The notes under the pieces were generated by a model that had not been told where the DNA came from, searched no databases, and worked only from the letters and a program-made list of their open reading frames with translations. From Azolla caroliniana (Eukaryota > Plantae > Polypodiophyta): a stretch of 64,000 nt of DNA. Below, piece by piece: positions 1 through 12,235 of the stretch (position 1 is the first letter of the stretch; each line of letters starts with the position of its first letter). The DNA lies in contig JBHGNT010000016.1 in NCBI GenBank assembly GCA_043228905.1, positions 9,672,001-9,736,000 on the forward strand, written 5' to 3'. Position numbers and translations under genes: made by a program.

Positions 1-546
1 CATTTAGCATGCTTGTCTTTACAGTTTGTAAAGACAAGTTCTCTTCTTGACAACAGGTGCCGAGAGTAAACACCAGGTTCTCCCAAGTATCCAGTAGTGT
101 GCACATCAGCAGAATGGCCTGCATTCTAGGGGAAACTTGGTTGCAACAAGTTGATTCACATACCCCATGAATGTGCTGATGTGTTCGACGATGCTCTCAC
201 CGTCCCTGTATTTCAGCCGTACGATCTTTCTCATCAGTGAGGTTTTATTGAGCGCGTTCTTCCTCTCATATAGACCTGACAACTTCTGCCACATCTCGTG
301 TGCATTTGTGTCATTCGCCACATATTGCAAGATACTTACGTCAACGCATTGTCGGATGGTGGCCACCGCCTTTCCGTTAAGAAGTTTCCAATCTGACTCC
401 AATACCCCCCTGGGTATATCTGCTCTGTCAACTGGCTCGTACAAGTCTTTGACTATGAGAAGGTCCTCCATCTTTATCTTCCAGTCTGCATAGTTCTGTG
501 AGTTTAGAACTATCATGCCTGGGAAGCAGCTCACACCTCCTTCCAT
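1..546 (-). pseudogene. Ty1/Copia gag N-terminus (element A, runs off the left edge), frameshifted near 130
   Basis: ORF 106..546 has the Copia gag start motif LNSQNYADWKIKMEDLLIVKDL and a UBN2-like segment (AHEMWQKLSGLYE). Gag-like reading continues in another frame (LDTWENLV). Confidence 0.85.
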
Positions 547-791
547 GCTTGCACCTCAAGCTTTGATATCAGATTGTTGAGAATTGATTCGTAAAACCAC
601 ATGTGAACGATTACTTGCGGAAGCGTTAGAAAACACAGAAAGTAGGGAATATAAGGAGTACACGGGAGAGAAAGAGAGAGTAGAATGTATGAGCTATATT
701 CAAAACGATATAGTCACTCTGTTACATACAACTGTGCTCAGTAGCACTATTTATACAAGTCCTCCTAGGACTGACATAAGTATCGCGTACA

Positions 792-1978
792 TCAATGCTC
801 ACACGAGCTTCTGACACTTACTACGCGACCCCTCTTGTTCTGCATGCCTCGACCTTCTCGGTCGGTATGTCTGCTCAATAGGCCCCTCTCAGCTCCTTCG
901 CTGCTATGACTTCGACGCTTATCGATCCATCGGTTCCTCCGCGATGGCATCGACTTCCGCTGCATCCGTGTCTGCTTGGCCTTGAATTGATCCAGTTCTT
1001 TCGAATTTGTCTTTTGAACCGAATCGACTGTCTCCGATTCGTTCCAGCTCTTGTCCGAATCGTTTGCTCTCGATTCGTCTTCTGGTTCCAAGCCCTTCAC
1101 CACATCGGACCATGTCCGGGTCTTGGCCTTCTTCCTTCGGTCGGCTTTATCCTTCTTGACTCTGCCGCCTTCTGCTCTTCCCTCATCGGCGCAATCGGCA
1201 GTGTCTTTGCCTTTGCCCATTCCGGTGTCTTTGCCCGTTCTCCCCCTCAAGTGTGGCACGTTGAGATGTTGAACACCAAGAATTTCGGTGAAGTGTTGCA
1301 ACTTGTCTGATCTGAGTGGTTTGGTGAAGGTATCGGCAACTTGCCGATCCGTATACCAAAGTTCAACCTCACCGCACAAGACACGCTCACGCACGAAGTG
1401 ATAGTGCACTTCTATGTGTTTTGTGCGAGCATGGAATACGGGGTTCTTGGCGAAGTGCATGTTGCTTATGTTGTCGTAGTAGATCAGAATCGGGGTCGAT
1501 ACCTCGATCCGTAGGTCTTGCAACAGTCGCCGAAGCCAAATGGCTTCACAGGTGGCAATGGTAGCACCCCGATACTCAGCCTCAGTGCTCGACAGAGTGC
1601 TCCACGCAATAGTCGCACTACCTAGGGAAAACATGTAACCGGAGGTTGAGCGGCGATCTGATGCATCGTCGGCCCAGTCAGCAACTGTGTAACCAACCAG
1701 CCCTTCAGGTATACCGCGCCGGTATAAAACGCCCCGGTCCTTCGTGTCGCTTACATATCGTAGTATCCGTTGCACACACTGAAGGTGCTCCACGGTCGGC
1801 TTCTGCATGAACTGACTTATCATTCCAACGGGATTGCTGATGTCAGGTCGCGTGATAGTCAAGTAAATAAGGCTTCCGACAAATTGTCAGAACCGTTGCT
1901 TGTTGCAGGCCAGTCCGGAGTTGGGACGAAGCTTCTGGTTCCGGTCCAAGGGTGTGGAGATAGGTCGGCATTTTGTCA
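792..1978 (-). pseudogene. Element B RT C-terminus and Ty1 RNase H, with a basic/acidic tail
   Basis: VGSLIYL-TITRPDI, ADWA..DRRSTSGY, SSTEAEY, DNIS and HARTKHIEVHYHFVRE motifs. Confidence 0.9.
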
Positions 1979-3517
1979 CTGTCTACATCCAGAACCGGAT
2001 CAGTGACAAAGTGTCAGCTCACGAACTGTATTTCGGGCAGAAGCCAAATTTGAGACACCTTAAGATCTTTGGTAGCATTGCATATGTGCATATACCGGAT
2101 GAGAAGCGGAGGAAGCTGGATGCAAAATCGGAAAAATGCATCCTAGTTGGCTATGCTCAAGAGCAAAAGGGTTATAAGTGTTATAACCCCCGGACAAAGG
2201 AGGTCCGAGTTAGTCGAGATGTCGAGTTCGATGAATCGGCATCGTGGTACTCCTTACCGGCTCCGACTTCCGAATCCGACCCGATGCCGGAGGATGAGGT
2301 TAGTGCGCCTAAACCGGCCCAGGTAGATGATGATGAAGCGTGGACTCAAGATGAGAGTTGGGAATCGTTTCGGTTGAGTGGGCCGAACGAGAGACTAAGT
2401 CAATCTGACCAGTCCGATGAGGAACCGACAAGTAGTGGAGACTCTGTCGTGCACTCCACGTGCAAGGAATCGAGGAGACGGTTCACGCGCAAAGAGAAGG
2501 GGAAGAAGAAGATGCCAGAATTCGAAACCGAACCGGCAACGATGAGTCGGATTGGTGTGCGTCTGAGTCCGGCAAGTAGAATGGCGGATCTTCGGCAACG
2601 AAGACCAATCCGGCCAAGAAGGGCCTCAAATTGGGTAATAGTGAGTTACGTCGGTCTATCCGCCAGAAGGATCCCATCAAACGGTACGGGTACAATGAGT
2701 ACATGGCGCATCACTACGCATACATGACTAAGGTGGCGGAAGTGGGTGAGCCCGGGAGCTACGTAGAAGCGGCAAAGGACACCAATTGGCATGTCGCTAT
2801 GGACGAAGAAATGCGAGCACTAGCTGCCAACGAGACATGGAACCTGGTTGACCCTCCTCGTCACTGTAAACTGATCGGATGCAAGTGGATATACAAGGTA
2901 AAGTACAACGCTGACGGTTCTATTAACCGGCATAAAGCCCGGTTAATGGCGAAGGGATACGCGCAGACCCATGGAATCGACTACGACGAGACCTTCGATC
3001 CAGTAGCGAAGATGATGATGGTTCATGTGGTGCTGGCGTTTGCCACAGCAAGGGGGTGGCATCTTCACCCGATGGATGTGAAGAATGCGTTTCTTCAGGG
3101 TGATCTTGAAAAAGAATTCTTTATGACTCAGCCCCTCAACTTTGAATAGGAGATAAACAAGTCGGCGGTATGCCGGCTGAAGAAGTCGTTGTACGGCCTG
3201 AAGCTAGCCCCTCGAGCTTGGAATGCGAAGATCACGCACCGGTTGCGTAAGATGGGGTTGGTGGCCTCCAAATTGGACTCTTCATTGTTCATTCGGCAAG
3301 GATCAGCCGGTGCGGTATGTATATTGCTATATGTTGATGATCTAGTCATCTCCGGACCAGGAGTTCCAGAAATCAACCGCGTCAAGTCCCAGTTGTCGGA
3401 CGCATTTGAGATGAAGGATCTGGGGGACCTTCATTATTTTCTAGGGATCGAGGTGATCTGAACCCCGGACGACATATTGCTCTCACAATGACATTACGTC
3501 TTGAATATGTTGTACAA
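1979..3517 (+). pseudogene. Inverted segment of element B: integrase C-half plus reverse transcriptase
   Basis: VYIQNR, FGSIAYVH, KLDAKSEKCILVGY, GCKWIYKVK, MDVKNAFLQG, YGLKLAPRAW and LYVDDL motifs are on the plus strand, opposite to the flanking parts of the same polyprotein. Confidence 0.92.
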
Positions 3518-5410
3518 AACACCATTCTGTTGTGCTGTGTCTCTGCAGTTGAACTCTCGCCGAATTCCCGTTTGATGCAAATAACTGTTGAATTGGCCGG
3601 AAAAGTATTCTTTCCCGCCATCGGACTGCAGGCATTTGATCTTCCTCTCTGATTCCCGTTCCACCATGCTTTGGAGACTCCGAAAACACTCAAAGACTTC
3701 ATTCTTCCTCTCAATGAGGTAGATCCATGTATGCCGCGTATAGTCATCGATGAAGGAGACGAAATATCGACTCCCGCCAAGACTAACATTCTGTGCCGGT
3801 CCCCACACATCCAAATGGATTAGGTCGAGCTTGTTACGGCTCCGGTTATGTTCGGTAGGGAATGGAAGTCGGTGTTGATTCCCGAGTTGGCAGGCTTCAC
3901 ATACTTGGGCCTTCCGGCCGCTGAACTTCGGCAAACCGAAAACAACTTGTTTCGTTTGCAGGTCTTGAAGCCTCCGGTAATTGACGTGGCCTATCCGCTT
4001 GTGCCACAGGTCGATGTCCGATTCGACCTTCTGTCCTTTTGCAAACAGAGTGGTGCCAACGTCATTGGTGTCGAGGATAAACATCCTCCTGTCTCTGTGC
4101 CCTTGCGCAATAATCTAGCCCTCTTCCTCGATGAAGCACCCAAGGTGCGTAAACCGCACCTGCATGCCCTGGTCGACGATCTGTCCGACCGACACCAGGT
4201 TCTTCGTGATTGTCGGAACGTGTAATACGTTCATCAGCTTTCCCTTCTGTCCGACGTGGCTCAAAGGGACTTCTCCGACGTGCACGATTGGGTGAGTGTC
4301 GTCTCCGGTTTCGACTACTCCTGGTTGATCCGGTTTCTCCAAAAAGGAGAACCACTCTTTGTGGCTCGTCATGTGGTTCGACACACCAGAATCAACATAC
4401 CACACTTCCTCTGATTTGGAAGTGGTCTTCTTCATCGAGTTCGCCTCGTGCTTCATCACCAACGCTGGCCCGTTATCGTTCTTGGATCCTCTCGATCCCT
4501 TCGCGTAGTGCGAGCTTTGCCGGCCATCCTTGCCGGCCTTGCCGGATCCAGATTTGTCTGAATCGGCTCGTTTTCTCCAGCACTCGCTTTCTCTATGGCC
4601 CTTTTTGCCACAGTACCAGCATTTCGTTGCTGACTTCTCTTGCCGTCTTCCGGTGTCGCCATGACTCCCCCTGCCTGTGGGAGTCCCGGAACTGCTGTCG
4701 GCACGTTCTCTGTGCCTTCGTTCGTGCTCTTGCCGGTCGCCTCCATTGCGTGCCGACCCACCTCGTCCACCACGCCCACGGGACCGATCCGCCTCCGTGT
4801 ACAGCATCCGGCTGTCAATGGGTGCACTAGTTGACGCACCAGCGTGGTTCTCCTCTACAAGGAGCATCAACTGTAAGTCGAAAAATGACGGCGTATTCTC
4901 CCTTGTACACACCGCTATTCGGAACGCTCTGAACTTAGACGCTAGGCTCCCAAGACAGACCTGTACCATCTCTTCTTCCTCTACGATAACGTTGATAGAG
5001 GCAAGCGAGTCACAGATCTCTTTGATCCGAGCCGTGTAATCCGCCACCAACATGTCCTTCTGTCGGACATTGCTCAACTCATGTCAGAGTTGCAGCTTCC
5101 GGGCTGTAGTGCTCGCGGCGAAAACCTTCTTCAAGTTCCCCCAAGCCTCCTTCGGCGTCTTGGCGTCTCGAATGTGGCTCAGCAGCTGGTCTCCGACACT
5201 GGACGCGAAGTAGTACATCACTCTACTTGCAGATTGTTCCCACACTAGGAAGTCCTTATGTGCCGCATCAAGTGTTGTTTCGTTGGCTCCTACGACGAAA
5301 CTCTAGTAGCCATGCCCAAGCAGGTACTGGTGCATCTTATACGACCAAGATGCATAGTTGGATCTGTCGAGTTTCTCCACAGGGAGCGAGCTAGCCATCC
5401 CTCTATCCAT
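3518..5410 (-). pseudogene. Element B gag-protease-GAG_pre-integrase-integrase N-half
   Basis: KLDRSNYASW start, CWYCGKKGHRESEC zinc knuckle, WYVDSGVSNHM protease, LWHKRIGH...CEACQLG, HLDVWGP, FIDDYTR and QSDGGKEY motifs. In-frame stops are present. Confidence 0.92.
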
Positions 5411-6138
5411 CACTTCTCTGTCTGTTGTTCTTATGACCTATTAGGGTTTGCTTTCAAGCGTTTGTCAACTGAAGAGGTTCTCAACCCTCGCGCTCTGATA
5501 CCATGTGAACGATTACTTGCGGAAGCGTTAGAAAACAGAGAAAGTAGGGAATACAAGGAGTACACGGGAGAGACAGAGAGAGCAGAACGTAAGAGCTATA
5601 TTCAAAACGATATAATCACTCTGTTACATACAACTATGCTCAATAGCACTATTTATACAAGTCCTCATGGGACTGACAGAAGTACCACGTACTTCAATGC
5701 TCACACGAGCTTCTGACACTTACTACGAGACTATAATTGCCTAGTAGTCTAAACTAATACTAGGCATTTGGTTACCGATTGGATCGGGCTAACCGGCTCC
5801 CTAGCTCACCAGCTCTGTTGCTTGCCGACTCGGTTGCTCACGGCTTACCAATCCATCTCGCTTGCCGGCTCAGGCTTATTTAGCCAATTCGGCTCCAGTT
5901 TGTGCCGCTGAACACCACAAGATCAAATGATGCTGGGAAAAAAACAAATACATAACACAGGCACACAACGATACAGTACACAAAGATTTACATGGAAACC
6001 CTTAAACGAGAGAAAACCATGGGAGAGCAAAAACTTCACTATACAATGGATGTACAAGGGAGAGATTACAACACTCTGATTATGAGTGTATCACCCACAC
6101 AGAGTTCTTGGCATCTGTTGTTACACACACATCTATGG

Positions 6139-6175
<37 letters not shown>

Positions 6176-7679
6176 GTCTCCCACGTCTATCTTACGCACA
6201 CTTCTATTATCATCACCTTACTATGTTTGCCCTAGATGTATATATATACTAATACATCTTGTGGACTATTTACAATTGTAACCACTGCTACATATCATTA
6301 CTATTATTATTACTATAATAATAATAATCTGTTTAAATAATCAACTCTCTGTTGTGGACTCTTCGACTATCGATTGTCGACTATTTCCGAACAGTGGGTT
6401 CCTCCCACTGGAGGGACACATCCCCAACAGTATGATGTTTAACACGAGGTTAAATGACCTTGTCAAGTTATATATCTCTCTAGTGGAGACATAATAGAAG
6501 TAAATGGTTGCACTATGTTAATATTATAATATTATAGGATTATCCATTATATTCTTGTTTAATATTATAGAAATATTCAAACTTCTCGTTGAAAGTCTAC
6601 AAAGAGAGTTTGGGACTAGGTAGTAAACAAAATCACTCTTGAAAGAAATGTCAGCTTGTTCTTAGATCAAGTTTTCATGCAAGTGTGGTTGTAAAGCTTG
6701 TTCTTATATCAAGTTTTCGTGTTTAATATTAAGATTATGACTCATTTATGAAGTTCATTAATGGAAATTACGTTATTTGTTAGTATGTTTTACCACACAC
6801 ATACTACAATAGGTAACGTACACATGCACACATTTGAATGCACGTGCTCCATTATAATAACACATTCCCAAATCTAGATTCACATATTTAACCACATGCA
6901 CATATAAGTTCATTATAGACAAATTGATATGTGTGTACACACAAATTGAGGTAACTACAAGTTATCTCATATGCACATTTAAATATAATATGGATGCACA
7001 ACTAAATATTTTAAATAATCTATACACACTACATTGGGAAAAATAGACATAAACTATCATATGAGATCAAATATTTCCACACCGTCATGGCACATATACT
7101 CTCACATGCACTCTTATTATACAAGCACTCATGAGAACAAGAAACTCCACGCTTATGCACCCATTTTACACATGGTCATATGGACACTCTAATCAAGTGC
7201 TCCCTCTTTTATCTAGTGGAGAAATAATTGAATACATGCATATATAGCATCTTCTATGTCCAACTTGGACAAGATTGAAAGAGAATATTGTCTACATCAT
7301 TTTCCCTAGTTCTCGATCTATGTTTTCCACTCACATTTCACATGATATGATTCCTAAATTGGTCAATTCTTTCTCTAGAAGTCATTATAAACCTCAATTA
7401 AATCACATGTTATTTTTGCCATGAAGATAGAAAGAGTAACTTAATTTTCATCAAGAAATATAACAATCTCAAGAATTGAATGGGTTATCTCAAATTGTTG
7501 GATGATGATTGAGAATTCATATCATGGTTTTAGGATATATACTCAATCATATAAGCAATGTATTTTATTTGTTGTGCAAACATGGAATATCTAGGTACTG
7601 GATGATGTTATTTCCTATTGTAGCACGTGTATTGTCATTTAGATTTTGGTGAGCAATGCACAAAGCTTCCATGATGATC

Positions 7680-7917
7680 TCATTGCTTAGGGAGCCATTT
7701 ATTGCCATCAATGAATGCAATACTAAGGAAGGGCTTGGCTTGTCTATCATTGAGACTACGAGACCATGAGACACGACCCTTACGGTTGGCTCCAGGACCG
7801 GAGCATTTATATTCACCATAGAATACTTTCCTGTGTGCATAAATGAAATTTAAAATGTAAGGGTTTGATGTTAGAACAACAATAAATAACAACATTTCAT
7901 AAAATATAGAAATATTT

Positions 7918-7958
<41 letters not shown>

Positions 7959-9383
7959 ATGTTATGGTTAATGTGTATGTGTGTGTAGAGAGAGGGGGGA
8001 TTAGAGAAATATAAAACTCACCATTGGTTGGATGGCACACCAAAGTCATTCCAACCCTCAGGCCTAATGATGCTTGAAAGATATGTGTATGAAAAGACAA
8101 CCCTTGAGTAAGCACCCCATGCTCTACCCAAGTAAATGTAACCTGAGCCACTAACGACGCAAGAGACAAAAGAGTAACCAGTTTGAGAAGTGGCAGATTG
8201 TCGTTTCTGTGCTGAGATAGAGCCATATGGAGAGGCGATGGAATGGAGATGGCATTTCTGAATTTACAAATACATTATTTATTAGAACATAAATTTGGGA
8301 TTCTTCATAAAATTTTGTTAGTGACTGGGATTACATGAATTAGTGAATAGAAATATTCTTATTTAAAATAATTTAAAATTCTAGAATTCAAAACAAAAGG
8401 TCATAAATTGTGGATTACTAATGAAGGTCATATAATACATACGACAAAGAGTGTGCGGCCATCGCCGAAGATGAAGTCAATGGAGCCCTCAATGTAGCAA
8501 TTATAGTAGTAATGGCGACCTTCCTTGTCGTAGAGGGTGTCTTGGGCACCATAGAAATTGCAACGATAGAAGGCAGCTTTGTCTCCTTGAATTCGAAGCG
8601 CCACAGCTTGGCGACCAACTGCTCCTGAAGGTGGGGGGGGAGCTGTGTTCTATGAAATACACATTATGCAATAAGTGATTATTTAATGAATGGAAATAAA
8701 AGGTTAATTTAATGATATATGTATTTATTTACTTTAAATGAAATGTCAAGGGCGATGAAGTTGTCAGCTTCAACGGCAACGGAGGCACTACCATAGGTGC
8801 TTAGGGGCTTTCCATCCTTTCCTAGAGTAGAGGCAGTGTCACCCCATTGGATGGTGGTTAGAGAGGCACTTTCCCCTTTAAGAGTAATGTATTGCTTGCC
8901 TGAAGGTATGCGCACCTTTTCAGTGTACACCCCCTTCTTGACGTAAATAATGATTCGCTTCGTGTTTTTCGTCGGCACACGGTTGATGGCAGCTTGCACA
9001 GTCTTGAAGTGACCAGAGCCATCTTTTGCCACCACAATAATTGTTGGGGACGTTGTAGTGCCACTTGAAGCTAACTTACGTTTCTTGAAGAAGTTTTGCG
9101 CCTTCTTTGTGGCGTCGTTGATGGTCTTGCTAAAGACTCTATCATCAAATTCATATGGACGACGTGGCATATGGTCCTCATTCAAAGTGTCCTCTGTGGG
9201 GTCTGGAAGTACATGACAATCCACAAAATCTAGCCAACTATCTAAAGTGTTGTTGGCTTGCCCACAAGTGTTATTAACTATGCTTGCCGTTGTTGGGTTA
9301 ATATAAAGTATTGTCGATGCCACAAACACACTTGGTAGCACCACTAATACTAGATTGATGAATGCATGCCTCGCAAACTCCAT
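7680..9383 (-). CDS. PME: Pectin methylesterase (pectinesterase, CE8), form without PMEI pro-domain. Exons 9383-8733, 8649-8443, 8257-8022, 7830-7680; 414 aa
   Basis: GT-AG introns join into one 1245-nt open frame. It has a hydrophobic signal peptide/anchor, [58 protein letters not shown] and [11 protein letters not shown]. The catalytic Q, D, D and R residues are present. Confidence 0.96.
7921..7955. repeat. (TA)n microsatellite in PME intron 3
   Basis: About 17 TA units read directly. Confidence 0.95.
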
Positions 9384-10012
9384 GACTTGCTAGTTGTAAT
9401 TTTCAAGATTATCTCTCTCCCTTTGTGGCTCAATTTGATTGTGTTAAGGCTCTCCATTAAGTTTGCTAGTTATATAGAGAATAATCAAAGACAATCATGC
9501 TTGCCCACTTACTTCACATTATCAATTAGTATGCTACAAAAAGTCATTTAACATTGAAATATTGTCTAGCACTACGTCTCCATTTCCCATATCACATGAA
9601 GATTTAAGGCTCTAGGTCTACTTATTCAACCATTATTTAAAGAAAAGACTAATCGAATATACCTATAATATGTTTTGATTATAAATATATTGCTTTACAT
9701 ATATTTGCATTAGTTATAACTATCTTTCCATAAAATAAATTGTTTGCTTATTGCTATGTAATTCATAGCAACGAGAAATCAGACTAAATAATTTATTATA
9801 TAAATGGTTCTTACTGAATTTACTAAAGTTGATGTCTTCCAACAAAAGCCCATAGCATTCACAATATAACTCTAAATGTGATGTTCCTTAATGTTTTAGA
9901 ATCCTCTCCATTCAATCTTTGATAAGAGTTGGATATGAAACGGTTTCAAGTTTCAACAATATCTACCATCACAATATATTATCTAGCACCACAACAAATG
10001 TATATTGATAAT

Positions 10013-10481
10013 TGTTGTCCGCCGGAATAGTAACTGACGGACAAGAGCACAGTAATATAGAATAGAGTAATATTGTAACGCATGTAAATGGTTCACGCGG
10101 GAAGCGTGAACGGCTAAAAGACCCTGCGTATATAAAGGGCAGAAAACCTCTGATAGAGGTAACGTGTAATTTTGAATGTAAAAGGCGTATTTTAATAGAG
10201 TTCTATCTTCTCTAATTCTTGTGCGTATCTGTGGTTAATCTACTGTGTGTCTGTGATTCTTGGTGGCATAGCACAGTCGTAAGAGTGTAGGCGTGAGTGA
10301 CAGTGTGGTTGCTAGTCCACTGTCTAAGGAGTTCGGTTGTAGTCGTCTCCCTTATACGCTACTAGGATACGGGAGGTATCCCACTAAGTATTACGCTACG
10401 ACGATACCATTCGTTGCAACACAGTCACTTTGAGGTCTAGGTCGAAGGACTGACCGTAGACCGTGTTCCTAATCGGTAACA
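10013..10481 (-). mobile_element. Solo LTR (469 bp), about 630 bp upstream of the PME start codon
   Basis: TGTTG...TAACA ends and TSD ATAAT (10008-10012 / 10482-10486). It is the reverse-complement homolog of the LTR at 14710-15155, and strand is assigned from that copy's PBS. Confidence 0.92.
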
Positions 10482-10903
10482 ATAATCTCCAATTTTATTC
10501 AAGCTATAATTTTAAATACATATTTTTGTCTAATTTACAGACAACAAATTATCATGAATGTAGGGCAAAGTCAAGTGAACCATGACTTCATTAGCCTTGG
10601 TATCACTTGATCAAGGTGCTTATAACTTGGTACCATATCACTAGATCTGCCCATGTTGAAAACCTGCAAAGGAAACTGATTTTATGAAATCATAAGAGTT
10701 TGTTAAGAATTTCTAGAACCAGAAATAACTTTAGTTGCAATATTATTTTCCCACGACTAACAATACTTTTTTATGTTTGTCTCTTATTTGATAGTGTTGG
10801 ACATTTTGACCTCATAATATGTATTGATATAGTTTTCTCACATTCGTTGTTTTGCTCTCTCTTTTGTTTTTCATTTTTTTGTCTCTCTTTACATAGATTC
10901 CAC

Positions 10904-11333
10904 AAACAAGTACAATGTGCACTTCTGATTGCAATTTTTAATAGCAAAATTATTGAACATCATGAATCATTACTCATTTCACACATACAATATTAAAATT
11001 TTGGTGTAAAGTTTTATCTTTCACCTCTAATGGACAATAATGAAATATTTTTAACTCTCTTCAAAGTAAGGCTCACCATTCACACCTCTTGGCTTAAAGA
11101 CTCAAGACTCATCTTTCTTTATCAATTGATTGAAACAAGCACAATGTGCACTTCTAATTGCAATTTTTAATAGCAAAATTATTGAACATCATGAATCATT
11201 ACTCAATTTCACACATACCATGTAAAATATTTGGCGTAAAGTTTTATATTTGACCTCTAACGGACAATAATGAAATCTTTTTAACTCTCTTCAAAGTAAG
11301 GCTCGCCATTCAGACGTCTTGGTTTAAAAACTC
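10904..11333. repeat. Direct duplication of about 200 bp (period about 229)
   Basis: aaacaag(t/c)acaatgtgcacttct...ttaaa(g/a)actc occurs at 10904-~11103 and 11133-~11333. Confidence 0.9.
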
Positions 11334-11789
11334 TTAACTTTTGTACTAGAAGTGTTATATACATCAATTGATGTACGTCTTGTCTCTTTTGTATCTTTAA
11401 TTGACTATTTGTGTTTTCTACCTTATCGTTGTGAGATTGATATAGTAATTCATTGTAATATGTGAATTAATTGATTTTTGATGAGAATTACTTATTTGGT
11501 TTAATTTTTAATTAGTTGAAAATGTTTTTCCTAAGGATTCGCCACCCAAATTATCTCTGATACCTAAAATTGAGCACAAAAAAGATACCTTCTACTATGA
11601 TCATGGTGGGACATGATGGAAACCATGGTAGTATCTTCACATTGATTCAAGAATATCTAGCTCAAGGCCTAATAAATAAGGAATAATTAAAACTAGGTAG
11701 GGCACATTTCTGCACATTGGTCATCAAAGGACAACATTGGAATATCATGAACGTTTGAACTTTCTAGGAGCGTATCCGCCTACAAGTAG

Positions 11790-12110
11790 CAGGTGATGAG
11801 GAATGGTGCATAGGTGAGGATTTCAACATGATCGAATCCGTTCACGATAGCTCCAACAATAACCCCACATTTCTACAATGAGGATATCGCAAGTAGTGGG
11901 AGAGATTGTGCATTCATCTTGACCTACGTGATATTTGGCATTAGGCCAACTTCCAACGCAAAAGTGATTCTTTTTTATTTTCACGATCAAATGATAGGAT
12001 TAGTGGGTCCACCCTTTCTCGCATCAACTACATATATGTCAGGGAGGCATTGAAAGTGAAGGGGGCCTAGTGTTGGATAGCTCCATGAATGACATTCTCC
12101 GATCACTCCT
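11790..12110 (+). pseudogene. LINE (L1-type) AP-endonuclease remnant
   Basis: Degenerate APE motifs in the expected order: WCIGEDFNMIE, LDLRDIW, SRINYIYV (for SRIDR), FSDHS. Stops are present. Confidence 0.7.
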
Positions 12111-12235
12111 AGTAATCAACCATTTTCAAATGTGTTGAAAGTGGGGTTCGTTCCTCGAATCCCTCACACAATTCACATTGATGTAGAAGAGTAGGAATGA
12201 CTTGCCACCAATGGTAATTGCTTGTTAGTGACTCA

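Larger units (their letters stand above)
602..5914 (-). mobile_element. Ty1/Copia LTR retrotransposon (element B), degenerate, with an internal inversion
   Basis: TG...CA ends and TSD CCACA (597-601 / 5915-5919). 5' LTR 5504-5914 with Met-i PBS (plus-strand gctctgatacca, 5492-5503). Only about 225 bp of the 3' LTR remain (602-~826). Gag, protease, integrase, RT and RNase H motifs are all present. Confidence 0.93.
575..6429 (-). mobile_element. 5' LTR of Copia element A, split by insertion of element B (LTR pieces 575-601 and 5915-6429)
   Basis: Starts TGTTG at 575, next to a degenerate Met-i PBS (plus-strand gctttgatatca, 560-571). It resumes after the CCACA duplication and ends ...ccccaaca at 6429. 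Contains a (CT)n tract at about 6142-6170. Confidence 0.75.

Noticed and set aside
1900-2727. Independent plus-strand Copia nested inside element B
   Set aside because: It has no LTRs or TSD of its own, and its ends continue the flanking minus-strand polyprotein, so an inversion explains it.
7565-9064. Alternative ORFs 7565..7840, 7897..8226, 8418..8618 and 8858..9064
   Set aside because: Off-frame shadows of the PME exons.
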